From assembly GCA_951406725.2 (NCBI GenBank), contig OX597822.1, forward strand, positions 34,472,001 to 34,536,000: 64,000 bases of DNA, given 5' to 3'. Position 1 is the stretch's first letter. Each line of letters begins with the position of its first letter. A program made the translations under genes and the position numbers. Shown here in pieces: positions 14,631-27,388 of the stretch. A model generated the notes under the pieces. It did no database searches. It was not told the origin of the DNA and saw only the letters and a program-made list of their open reading frames with translations. The stretch comes from Octopus vulgaris. Its lineage: Eukaryota.

Positions 14631-15893
14631 ATATATGTATGCACACACACGTGCACACACACACACACGCGTCTGTGTGTATTTATGTTTATGCATACAT
14701 ATTTCAGTTAAGCACTTTTTACTTAATATATATCTGCATACTCAGTGATTATATGTACATATATAAGTAAATATATATATTGATTGATTGATTGATTGTC
14801 AACGTGGAAGTTCTTGCCATTGATAATCAATATATAATGCGAGCGAACCATTAAGATTCTAGTTAACGATAAAAGCCTTTGCTTTTTGCGTGCATTTGAT
14901 AACATAAAATAGGTCTCATAAGTTTATACACTATACACATAGAACCATAGTTACAACCTTCTATATTTCTGATAAAGACGATTATCTTTGTATGGCTAAC
15001 AGCGAATTATCTTCATAAACTGTCAAAGTATCTCGTCATATCGAGAAAATAATACCAGTAAATATTTAAGTGCGAGGATCTAAACCTCTAACAATATATT
15101 TAAATCTTAAAAGTAACGTGCTTTAAAAAAGAAAAAAACAACCCTCGTTTTTTGTCTTCTAGGCAAACATTATCAACGTTTTAGAGTTGTTGGCGCATCG
15201 TTGCTAATTGTATAGAGAATATTTTCCGATAAAACTTTGTGAGTTGTAGACAGCTATACTTAAATATTTCAGTAAAGGCCCTAAAGGTGTGATGTGGCAG
15301 AAACAGGGATTGACATTTCAATTGTTTTGTTGTTTATGTTTTCGTGAAGGGCGCCTATATACGTTATAATTTCAATTCCGACCAGTACGTGAAGTTACTT
15401 TGTATCTATGCCTCCAGTCCATTCAATTCACTGTTCAGATATGCCAGATGCTACCGATGTACTAAGATTAACTTATAACGACCTTGAACCCACAAGAGTA
15501 AACAAGAGAGACAGAGACAGGCAGAAACAAGGAAAATGCCACTTCTATTTAATACTATGCAGATATTCTTTTAGGAAAACTTTTTCTTTTTATTTTTCCC
15601 AAATTTAATTATTTTCCATACTTTTTACAGTTGTGGCTTGTCTTTCTATCGGTTCCTTTTTCATGGGAGTGTTTGAGTTCCATTTCAGCCTCAAGTAATG
15701 AATGTAGGAGATAAAATTCTTCACCATCTTTTAGTGGCCCATACAGATGATTTAAGATCTTTGTTCGACGTCTCATTAGAATTAGCGTATGCCTCATGAG
15801 GCATTCTACGAGACATTCTATTCGACGTGCTAGCGATACAACCAGATTGCAGCAGATACTGATGCAGGAGTAAACAATAAACGCCACCGCCGC

Positions 15894-15927
<34 letters not shown>

Positions 15928-16591
15928 GCAACAGCAACAGCTGCAGCAGCAGCAGCAGCAGCAACAACAACAGGAGTTTAAAAATTTAAATACATTGTGG
16001 TGCTAATTGTCTAGCTAATAAGGTAATTTAGATCGGTCTCCACCACCAACTACGGAGGTAAGGTACTGATTAAACGATTTTCTTAAAAATCATTCTTTTC
16101 TTTTACTTTGCCTAAGCATAAATTAATTATTGCCGTATTACTGGCGTTAGCTTTCGCTTATCAAATAAAAAGCAGCAAAAACCATATATTTGGTCCGCCA
16201 TTGTGTGTGTAATTAACTATAATTCATGCGATGCAGTGTTTTTAATTAATTCTAGCTAATTACACTTAACTCAAATCTAGGCTTATTCTGTAGTATTTCG
16301 TAGCATATTCATAAAGGATACTTTTTTCTTATCAAAAAATAATTGAATATCACATTGAAGTTTTGTTGAGGGAAAAGGGACCCTAATTTGTTTATTAGTT
16401 TATTATTATTATAATTATTATTGTTGTTGTTGTTGTTATTATTATCATTATTATTATCCTTATTATTATCATTATTATTATTATCATTATTATTATTATT
16501 ATCATTATTATTATTATCATTATTATTATTATCATTATTATCATTATCATTATTATCATTATTATCATTATTATTATTATTATTATTATTA

Positions 16592-16625
<34 letters not shown>

Positions 16626-17169
16626 TGGTTTCTAACAGAGCAAGCCGCAACAACCTATTACTGAGACTAAGACTCTCATCTACATATTTTCGGTCGGGGA
16701 ATCAATGTATCCTATGCGTAGTGGGTCGATTTGCTAGAAATTACAGGTAAATCATTACAAGAGAACACGCTAGAATCTTAAAAAGGGAAGGAAACATTCA
16801 ATTATATAATTCTGGATAAACTATGTGGAAAAAATCCTTTTAAAGTAGTTAGATTTGGACTATCTTACCATTCGTCTTCTCGGACAGACATTCATCTGAG
16901 CTAAACAACTTAAATATGGATGTTTGTACCAATATCCGTTATCAGACGAAGGCGGAGAGATGGCAGAATCTTTAGCATGTGAGGCAAAATGATTAGCGTC
17001 ATTGCGTTCGTCTTCACGTCCTAAGTACAAATTCCGCCGAGGTCGACTTTGTTTTTAATCTTTTCGGGGTCGATAAATTAAGTACCAGTTGTTTGCTGGA
17101 TTCAATGTAATTGACTTACCCCTCTTAAAAATTACTAGCCTTGTGACGAAATTTGTACCCATCATATAC

Positions 17170-17386
17170 TCTTTTACTCTTTTACTTGTTTCAGTCATTT
17201 GACTGCGGCCATGCTGGAGCACCGCCTTTAATCGAGCAACTCGACCCCGGGACTTATTCTTTTGTAAGCCCAGTACTTATTCTATCGGTCTCTTTTGCCG
17301 AACCGCTAAGTAACGAGGACATAAACACACCAGCATCGGTTGTCAAACAATGCTAGGGGACAAACACAGACACACAAACACACACA

Positions 17387-17440
<54 letters not shown>

Positions 17441-17615
17441 TATACACATATCTACGACGGGCTTCTTTCAGTTTCCGTCTACCAAATCCACTCACAAGGC
17501 TTTGGTCGGCCCGAGGCTATAGTAGAAGACACTTGCCCAAGGTGCCACGCAGTGGGACTGAACCCGGAACCATGTGGCTGGTAGACAAGCTACTTACCAC
17601 ACAGCCACTCGTGCG
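17170..17615 (-). mobile_element. SINE family B
   Basis: Reverse complement of the 7136-7553 type. Confidence 0.85.
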
Positions 17616-18355
17616 CCATGTTTGTGTTCGGCGGCGAGCTGGCAGAATCGTTAGAACACGAGTAAAATGCTTAGCGGCATTTCATTCATCTTTACATTCT
17701 GAGATCAAGTGCCGCCGAGGTCGACTTTGCCTTTCATTCTTTTGGGATCGATAAAATAAATACCAGTTCAAAAATGGGGAGACGATGTAATTGACTTACC
17801 CCATCCCCGAAATTGCTGGCCTTGTGCCAAAATTAGAAACCAATATTAAGTATTAGTCATGGTCCTTCAAGTTCTGAGTTTAAATCAAACTAACAGCAAT
17901 TTTATCGTTCATCATTCTTGTGTCGATAAAATAAATTTCTTGTCAAGTACTGGAAGTATTTATATCAACTACACCCCAACAAATGCGTCCTTTAGTGTCA
18001 TTGTATGAAACCAGCCTTGCATTTATATGGGGTAGATGTCATAACAAGGGGTAAACATGATAGACACTTAGCTTAACTATTGTTGGGCCATGAGCCAATG
18101 GAGGTGAGATTCTCCGTGGTTGATCAACTTGCTAGAAAGGGCAACAAAGTCATCCTAAAATCACCACCGTACAAAAAAGGACATTAGATGATCTCATCTT
18201 GGTATACTAAGGAACGAGGAGGTGGTCGCGGCTGGATACGATTTCGATTACACATACTCAATCAGATGTAACTTGGGAGTAAGCGAGAACAACATCAATA
18301 ACAAAAATAATAATAATATACGAGTCAAACGTGTTCATTTCATTATAACAATCAC

Positions 18356-18420
<65 letters not shown>

Positions 18421-18469
18421 CAGTAGCAGCAACAGCAATAATAATAATAATGTTTCAAAGTTTGCCGTA

Positions 18470-18711
18470 AGGGCAGCCATTTTGAGGGAGGGGATAAGTT
18501 GATTACATGAACCCCAGTATTTGATTGGTATTTGTTTAATCGGCCCCGGAAGGATGAAAGGCAGGCAAAGTCGACCACGGTGGAATTTGAACTCAGAACA
18601 TAGCGACGGGAGAGATAGCGCGAAGCATTTCGTCCGGCGAGCTAATGAATCTGCCACCTCACCGCCTTAACAACAACAACAACAACAACACCACCACCAA
18701 TAATAATGATG

Positions 18712-18776
<65 letters not shown>

Positions 18777-19390
18777 CCTTTCTACTATAAGTACAACGCC
18801 TGAAATTTGGGGGAGAGGACCAGTCGATGAGATCGACCCCAGTAAACAAATGGTACTTGATTTATCGACCCAAGAAGGATGGGAGGCAAAGTCGACATCG
18901 GTGGAATTTGAACTCAGAACGTAGCGGTGAGCGACATACCTATTTCTTTACTACCCACAAGGGGCTAAACACAGAGGAGACAAACAACGACAGACAAACG
19001 GATTAAGTCGATTACATCGACCCCGTGCATAACTTGTACTTAATTTATCGACCCCGAAAGGATGAAAGGCAAAGTCGACCTCAGCGGAATTTGAACTCAG
19101 AACGTAGCGGAAGACGAAATACCGCTAAGTATTTCGTCTGGCGTGCTAACGATTCTTACTTCTTTCCTGCCCACAAGGAGCTCCACCCAGAGGAGACAAA
19201 CAAGGACATTCAAACAGATTAAGTCGATTATATCGACCCCAGTGCGTAACTAGTCCTTATTTAATCAACCCCGAAAGTATGAAAGGCAAAGTCGACCTCG
19301 GCGGAATTTGAACTCAGAACATAAAGACAGCCGAACTACCGCTAAGCATTTCGTCCGGCGTACTAACGATTCTGCCAGCAGACTGCCTTA
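18470..19390 (-). mobile_element. Cluster of SINE family A copies and modules with (TAA)n/(TAG)n tracts
   Basis: Repeated ggaatttgaactcagaac / aaaggcaaagtcgacc modules. Confidence 0.85.
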
Positions 19391-19407
19391 ATAATAACAA
19401 TAATAGC

Positions 19408-19528
<121 letters not shown>

Positions 19529-20689
19529 AAACTATCGTTCTTATCATGATGGTGAGAGATGATGATAACCCATACTTTGCAAGAGCCACGGCAATCGCCA
19601 TCTTTTACAGCGACATAGAGCGGAAGTAGTTGGCTTGGAGTAAACGGATACTGTGATCGGTCTCTCATTTCCTTGTGACAGAGCAGAGCAGCCGATTCCC
19701 TGGAAACTGATTGCTACTTTTTATAGAATTATTGATATTAATATACTTGCAAATTTGACCTCAGTGGAATTTGAACTAATAACACAAAGAGCAAGGAATA
19801 AATACCGCAAGGCATTTTGTCCTATCTTGTAACGATTTAGCCAATTGATCGTCCAATGACGTTCATATCTTTGCAGAATTGAATATCTTTACAACTTGAC
19901 ATTTCTCCAATACGGTGTCTTTTTGTTGTCGATAAAAACTAATATTAAATTCATGGTTAATGTCTTCAGCCATAGCTTAGTCTTGTATAACATTGTCGTT
20001 TAAATCACAGGCGTTCCCATTGTGTCAACACATACCAGATAGAAACGATAATTACATTTTTCCGACGGCGAAAGAACATTTTTTTTTCTCTTTCATATCA
20101 TTTTTATCTCGTGGCTTTGATCTGACACTCGATCAATACTTTCTACTTCTTTAACTTATTGTCTACTAAGTACTGCTCTTTGCAGAAAGATAAAAGATCA
20201 TTATAAGCATTATGCAGATACAGATATCTAAGCTGATAGACATCTGATTGTTTTGTTTTTTTTCTTTCTAAGTCTTGTCTACTTTCAGTTCTTTCAAATA
20301 CACGCTGTTTTCAAAGACACTCATCTTCCCTCCTTCTTTTAGTGATTCAATCTGGAAGAAGAGGTTGTACCTTTTGCCTTCACAGGCCTTTCCGGACCTG
20401 TGGTGTTTTTTGTTCAACGACTTCAAGTTGACGGTTACTGGAAGACCGTGTATAGTGAGGTATTGCCAAAGGGTTGACATTCCAGGAAGAAATAATGGGC
20501 TCCGATTTTATTGTGAAGGTATCCATAATAAGGAATTAAGACATGTCATAAAAGTAAATGAGACGTGTGAGACAGATAGACCAGAGTGGAAAAAGATGAA
20601 AGGCATCAAGCATAGTGGTATCAGTAGCAGACTCTTAACTTGAATGGCTGAAGGTTTGAGTTTATTTGGAAATACCAATTTTGGGGACT

Positions 20690-21235
20690 GGGTAAGTCGA
20701 ATTCATCGCCCCTATTGTTCAACTGGTACTTATTTTATTGACCCCGAAAAGATGAAACGCAAAATCGACCTCGGCGGAATTTGAACTCAGAACGTAAAGG
20801 CGGACAAAATACTGGAACACTCGACGTGCTAACGATTCTTTTCTGCTCTAGGCACCAGGCCCGAAAATTTAGGGGAGGGTGCAAACGATTAGATCGACCC
20901 CCAGTATGTAACTGGTACTTTATTTATCAAACCCGAAAGGATGAAAGGCAAAGTTGACTTCGACGGAATTTGAACTCAGAACGTAAAGACAGGCGAAATA
21001 CTTATTTCTTTACTACTCACAAAGGGCTAAACACAGAGGGAACAAACAAGGACAGACAAACGGATTAAGCCGATTATATCGACCCCAGTGCGTAACTGGT
21101 ATTTATTTAATAGACCCCGAAAGGATGAAAGGCAAAGTCGACCTCGGCGGAATTTGAACTCATAACGCAGCGGCGGACGAAATACCGCTAAGAATCTCGC
21201 CCGGTTTCTTAACGTTTCTGCCAGCTCGCCGCCTT
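20690..21235 (-). mobile_element. SINE family A, multi-module
   Basis: Three gtcgacctcggcggaatttgaactc-type modules ending in the head ccagctcgccgcc. Confidence 0.85.
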
Positions 21236-21470
21236 GGAAATAATATATATACCGCTTTGTTTGTAATGTCTAGTTTTTACTAGTTTTCTCCCATTCTCCT
21301 TTAAACTCTATTTGTTAGACATTGCATTTTGTCTATCTCGCTTCACTCTTGATAATTCGTTCAGTTTTGTTATCAACCTTCCCTGTATATCTTATTCTGG
21401 TTTGTTTCTCTCATATTTCACGCTGCGCATTTTTGCACACACACACGCGTGCACACACACACACACACAC

Positions 21471-21525
<55 letters not shown>

Positions 21526-22003
21526 AATATATGAATGCAAAAATTGTCATCTATGTAGCATACTCAATATAAATGCCTCGTTGAAAGCAAGTTGCTGCGG
21601 TAATCGTCTCGAGATAATATCGGTTGAACTTTTATTGTTTAAAACATAATATATATCGCAGGGACACTATGATAGCCACAGCCGTGGTTAACGAGAAAAC
21701 TTGTTGCATTTCAGCCTTAGTGGGCTTCATCAATGCCGCGTACTTATAATGATCGACGTGGTTGCTTTTCCACGATGTTTTGACGTTAGATATGATACAG
21801 AGACTTTTATATTGTTTCTATTGCATATAACGGAATGTATAATAAATACATGTACGTGGGTACTTATGTTTATGTGTAATTGTGGGTGATTGTGCTTGTA
21901 TCTATGTCTGTTTTGTTTGATGTATACGAGTCTATATACATAAATGTATTGATATAATTACAGAAGCAAACATAGTTATACATAAAAAGACAAGAACACT
22001 AAC

Positions 22004-22292
22004 CTTCCTCTGTGGACCTTATAGATGGTAAAGGCTCCATAGATGAGTGGGTTTAGCATGCAGTTGGAAGTCCCGAGAGTGAAGAAGTATATGACAGTGC
22101 GACTGTTGTCCCATTGGAAGAATGCAAAACCTAAGAAGATGATGTAATATGGCGTCCAACAAAGAATGAAAGCTGCGACAATCACTGCACTCATACGCGA
22201 TGATTTCTTCCTGGCCCTTTCAAAAAGATGTGTACGAATTTGTCCATGGTTCACACTATAACACGACATCGATGTGGGTGAAATTGGAGTAT
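22004..22292 (-). CDS. GnRHR: oct-GnRH (corazonin-type) receptor, internal exon encoding ICL3-TM6-TM7
   Basis: Acceptor ttttgcag|AT (G+AT = Asp) and donor GGAAG|gttagt; 289 bp. Encodes (D)TPISPTSMSCYSVNHGQIRTHLFERARKKSSRMSAVIVAAFILCWTPYY...TSNCMLNPLIYGAFTIYKVHRGR, with the CWxPY and NPxxY class A GPCR motifs. Confidence 0.95.
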
Positions 22293-23242
22293 CTGCAAAA
22301 GGAAAAGATAATAAACATAATTAAAAGTACATCAGAACGGAATTGATTTAAATTTTTGCGATTAATTTGCGTGTAATAAAATTGAGGTAATGCAATGCAC
22401 AATTGCTACAGTAATTTCAGTATTGGGTCGCATTCTCAGGTATCACACAGTGTTAACCAATTAAACAATTCATCAGTAGTCCTGAAGGTGGCCATCCGAT
22501 CTTTTCTTCTCAGCATGTCATTCAATAAAGTAATAATCATGAAATAGCCATTTAATTGAATAAACTTACTTTGTTTAGGGCTATTACACTTATATCATCC
22601 ATTCTATTGAATTAGAATTTAAAACAATGTAGCTCGTATTTAAGTGAAATCAGAGACTCTGTTTAAGCATATATTGCTGTTGCATATAGCACTTCAAATA
22701 TCCATTCTATCAAATTGGAATTAAAGCATGTATTTCCAATTGAAGTAACAATAACATTTATAGCTTTGACTGTTTCGCTGCTGATATTATGCCTTAGAGC
22801 ATTTGTGTAGAGATTTCCTTCGCGAAGAAACAGATGGCATATAATGAAATCGCTGTATGGAAGAAAAACCTGGATGCAATATATAACAGCGATTTTGTCA
22901 AATTGCTGCTCTGAAGTCAGATGGAAAACGAATGATGTCAACGATATTTACAGGACCTCTCTGAATCGTGTCCTTTATGAGGGTAAGTTACAATTTTTCT
23001 GGGGCGCAGACTGGCTTCAGAAAAAAAAAATAGAAGACAACATAACACTGTGATATATTAGAAACTTAAATAGCCGCTAGACGATTGACAGCGTGAAGCT
23101 GATTAATAAGGGGCTACTTATAGTTTAAATACGGTAGAGATACTGATATTAGCAAGTCCCTATACGCACAACATATATACGTGTGTGTATGTATTCGTGT
23201 ATGTGTGTTTGTGCGTGTGTGTCTGTTTGTGTGTGAGTGTGA

Positions 23243-23281
<39 letters not shown>

Positions 23282-23440
23282 TGAGAAAGTTGGTGTGTGA
23301 ATGCACCTGGTTGGATATATAGAAAATAGAAAAGAGTGAAAAAACCACAGAAGGCTTGTTTTATAAGGTTAAAAGAATATATTTAAGTCGTAATGTTAGA
23401 AGAATGTTATAAAATTGTGCATATAGTAACATAGCTTTTG

Positions 23441-23479
23441 GAGAAATTACCGGTTTCGTGTTAACTTTTCAAATTTCTC
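23441..23479 (-). ncRNA. Ultra-minimal hammerhead, U3-A8 variant (left arm)
   Basis: GAGAAAU UUGAAAA GU-UAAC-AC GAAAC CG GUA^AUUUCUC. Confidence 0.7.
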
Positions 23480-24131
23480 AAATCTCTTTACCTACATCGT
23501 GTCATGTCTTCGTTATGCAGTGCAAAGAAGAGTTACAGGCAAGGGAGGTAATAAGCGATTTCTTCCGGTATAAGGGAGATAATCGCTTTATATTTCTTTT
23601 CCCCTTTTTTTAATGGGATGAGTTTCTCTGTATAAGAATGTTAGGATGGTTAAGTTCAGGCTTATATTTTTCAATGAAGAATGTTTCCTTGTTTAATCTA
23701 ATTTCTGTTGGCGTGTCAATAGAACATTGGTAGAATGGAAAGATTAAAAATTGTGGTAGTAGTTGCTTTGCGCATTTCTCAACAGATTGCATTCCCAGAA
23801 TACAGAATGATACCCTTTAGTGAGCATATTGAGAAATGCGCAAAGCAACTACTACCACAATTTTTAATCTTTCCATTCTATCAATGTGCTATTGGAACAC
23901 CAACAGAAATTAGATTAAACAAGGAAACATTCTTCATTGAAAAATATAAGCCTGAACTTAACCATCCTAACATTCTTATACAGAGAAACTCATCTCATTA
24001 AAAAAAGGGGAAAAGAAATATAAAGCGATTATCTCCCTTATACCAGAAGAAATCGCTTATTACCTCCCTTGCCTGGAACTCTTCTTTGCACTGCATAACG
24101 AAGACATGACACGATGTAGGTAAAGAGATTT

Positions 24132-24170
24132 GAGAAATTTGAAAAGTTAACACGAAACCGGTAATTTCTC
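24132..24170 (+). ncRNA. Ultra-minimal hammerhead, U3-A8 variant (right arm)
   Basis: Identical to 23441-23479; perfect 7-bp stem I. Confidence 0.7.
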
Positions 24171-24650
24171 CAAAAACTATGTTACTATATGCACAATTTT
24201 ATAACATTCTCCTAACATTACGACTTAAATATATTCTTTTAACCTTATAAAACAAGCCTTTTGTAGTTTTTTCACTCTTTTCTATTTTATATATATATAT
24301 AAATTCAAGCAAACATGAAAGCATGCTGGTAAAACGCTGTTCCTCTAAATGAAAACCTTACCTATCATTGTGATTTAGTGGCACAAAGCAAACCAGGGTT
24401 TGCCGTCCACCCAAGAAAACACATAGTAAATGATCCACAACCACTCTAGAAAACTGAGTACCCCATATTGTTCACTTTACCAAAGGGTTTGTAAGGTACC
24501 AGCAGGCCTCAAGTGACACAAATATGTCCATAGAACATAGTTACCGCTTTATTTTACTGAACCCTCATGTGTGGCTCACGACGAGAGAATCAGCCATACA
24601 TACATGAATACATACATACATACATACATACATGCATACATACACACACT

Positions 24651-24733
<83 letters not shown>

Positions 24734-24784
24734 GCTATTTATTTAAGGGCCACAATACATGCACATGTTAGTTCGTTATAGTTT

Positions 24785-24837
24785 GCGCCTGAGGAATATG
24801 TTAGAGTTTTCTTAACATATGAAACTATTAGTAAAGC
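24785..24837 (+). ncRNA. Hammerhead motif with degenerate stem I
   Basis: CUGAGGA AUAUGUUA...UAACAUAU GAAAC UAUUA GUA. Confidence 0.6.
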
Positions 24838-25511
24838 TTTAATACACGCATTGTCACCTTTAAATGAATAATTTATCTCTCACCAGTACTTTATATATAC
24901 ATACATATACACATATATATACATACATATACACCTACCTACCTACCTACCTACCTACCTACCTACCTACCTACCTACCTACCTACCTACCTACCTACAT
25001 ACATACATACATACATACATACATACATACATACATACATACATACATTTATATGTATGTATATATTGTTGTATCTGAAAAGACCCCGAACGGGTCAAAA
25101 CATGTGCTGTATCCAATAAAGTCTATTACACACTCCATCTCCTATTCTATTAATACTGTTACCCCAACAGCCACTACGCAGTCTCGGTAATAAATCTACG
25201 GATAACAACAGGTAATCAAAATCCATTTATACATTTTGTACAATTTCTCCATTATATATATATATTCTTTTATTCTTTTACTTGATTCAGTCATTTGATT
25301 CCGGTCAGGCAACAGCACCGCCTTTTAGTCGAACAAATTGGCTCCAGGATTTATTCTTTGTAAGCCTAGTACTTATTCTATCGGTGTTATTTTCCCAACC
25401 GCTAACTTATGGGAGCATAGACACACAAGCATTGGTTGACAAGCGATGGCCGGGAGGGGGGTAAACACAGACACACAAATATATTCATACCTACCTACAT
25501 ACATACATACA

Positions 25512-25593
<82 letters not shown>

Positions 25594-25644
25594 GTGTAGG
25601 AAGAAATGGAGCTGAACGAAGATTTAACAAAATTCCTTTTTATT

Positions 25645-25730
25645 ATTTTCTACATATGTTTCAAAGGCTGCAAAGTCCCTAATTCGGATTGAATAAGGAG
25701 ACCATTTTGCAGCCTTCTCTTCAGGAAAAT
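25645..25730 (-). ncRNA. Intact type I hammerhead ribozyme motif (C3-G8)
   Basis: AUUUUC CUGAAGA GAAGGCUGCAAA...UUUGCAGCCUUU GAAAC AUAU GUA^GAAAAU. 6-bp stem I, 12-bp stem II, palindromic stem III. Confidence 0.85.
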
Positions 25731-26622
25731 CCAGGAACTTAATTCTCCAACAAAATGCACATCAAACTTGTCGACAAACGCTCGCGATGAGCCCATGGGA
25801 TAAATGGCACAAAACTGTCTCTCAATATGCGTTGACGCCAGGCTGGGTGAAAGCCGACGAAAAAGTCCGTTGAGATAAATCAAGGTAAAAATCCGGCTAA
25901 CAGGGGGGAGGGTTACAGGAAAATCAAAGAGTGAGAATGTATTCTGTATGACTGGTGTTAATATTCGAATTGTTTTAAGAATGAGTGCTATAGTGTTTGG
26001 GTGTGAGAAATTGCCTACATGTATGTGTGTGTGCGCCTATGTATGTGAGGCAGTGTGTTTAGAAGGCTGCAAGGGAGAGAGATATAGCAGCTATTAATGG
26101 TCAAGCAGCTGAAAAAAACTGTGTCTGTGTGTTCGTCTGTAACCAGTTGGTAGAGGGATGGAATGTCAATAATGGGGGGATACAGTGACATCCCTGAAAG
26201 CAGTTCTAGATAAGTAGCAGTTCTTACGCTAATAGGGGAGTGATTTCCCCTTACAAATTTAATTCAAAATTTTTTTCTTTTCTTAGGAAATCAAGGGGTT
26301 AACTATCTTAGACTTCATTGGAATGCAAGAAATGTGTGCCGCTTCCAGTGCGGGCATCTAAAAGAATTTTGCACAATCGAGTTAACAAGTTGCACTCGGG
26401 ATAGTTCCGAGTATATATATATATATATATACGACGGGCATCTTTCCGCTTCCATCTACCAAATCGACTCAGAAGGCTATAATAGAAGGCACTTACTCAA
26501 ATTGCCACGCAATGGGATTGAACCCAGAAACATGTAATTGTGAAGCAAGTTCCTTACCACACATATAGTTTATAGATTAGAGGCTGGTATTCTCTGTATA
26601 GATACACTTTATAATGCTCATA

Positions 26623-26664
<42 letters not shown>

Positions 26665-27199
26665 TATATGTAGGTATGTATATATATACATACGTACATG
26701 CATGCATTAGCATTCAGTTGTCACTAATAGTGTCTGAGGATGCAGGGTGGCATCTACATTGCTAGAAACAAGAGTCAAAGACCCTCATAGCCACAAAATG
26801 CACATGCTACCTACTGACAGGGGAGATAACCGCCCCACAGCAAGTGAGATCACTATGTTACGCTTACATTCAGAACCTTAGGTTCCTGTGTCAGCATTTT
26901 GATGAGCATTGCACTTCGTCAGCTAATGCACGTAATGCAAGTTCGGAATGCATAGCATCAGCGATTAAAAACAAACAAAAGAAAAAAACAACAAATAAAC
27001 GCAATGGTGCCTGTGTTTTCAACTCGAACGTGGAATCTTAGAGGAAAGGGGCTTTCATACCTCTAAACATTATTACATTCCATATTCTATTAACAAATAT
27101 CTCACTGAAATTAATAACTCAGAAGCGACATGCACGTGAAAAATAAAGGCTAACATATTTAATGTATTTAACATATTTAATGTATTTAACATATTTAAA

Positions 27200-27388
27200 A
27201 GGCGGCGAGCTGGCAGAACCGTTACATTCTGAGTTCAAATTCCGCCGAGGTCGACTTTGCCTTTCATCCTTTCGGGGTCGATAAAATTAAGTACCAGTTA
27301 CGCAGTGGGGTCGATGTAATCGATCTAATCCGTTTGTCTGTCCTTGTTTGTCCCCTCTATGTTTAGCCCCTTGTGGGTAATAAAGAAA
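27200..27388 (+). mobile_element. SINE family A monomer (internally deleted) with TSD aacatatttaa
   Basis: Head, core and tail present; TSD visible on both sides. Confidence 0.85.

Larger units (their letters stand above)
23315..24295. mobile_element. Penelope-like element 3' end as an inverted duplication (arms about 470 bp, 46 bp spacer)
   Basis: 23315-23782 is the reverse complement of 23829-24295. The plus copy encodes QQIAFPEYRMIPFSEHIEKCAK...FLIFPFYQC...RLNKETFFIEKYKPELN, resembling a PLE GIY-YIG endonuclease C-terminus. Each arm carries a hammerhead motif. Confidence 0.85.

Noticed and set aside
15609-15887. 92-aa minus-strand ORF next to a (CAA/CAG)n tract
   Set aside because: No motif, and no acceptor compatible with the receptor frame was found.
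20268-20643. Overlapping non-repetitive ORFs as a possible last receptor exon
   Set aside because: No convincing phase-compatible splice acceptor and no recognisable homology.
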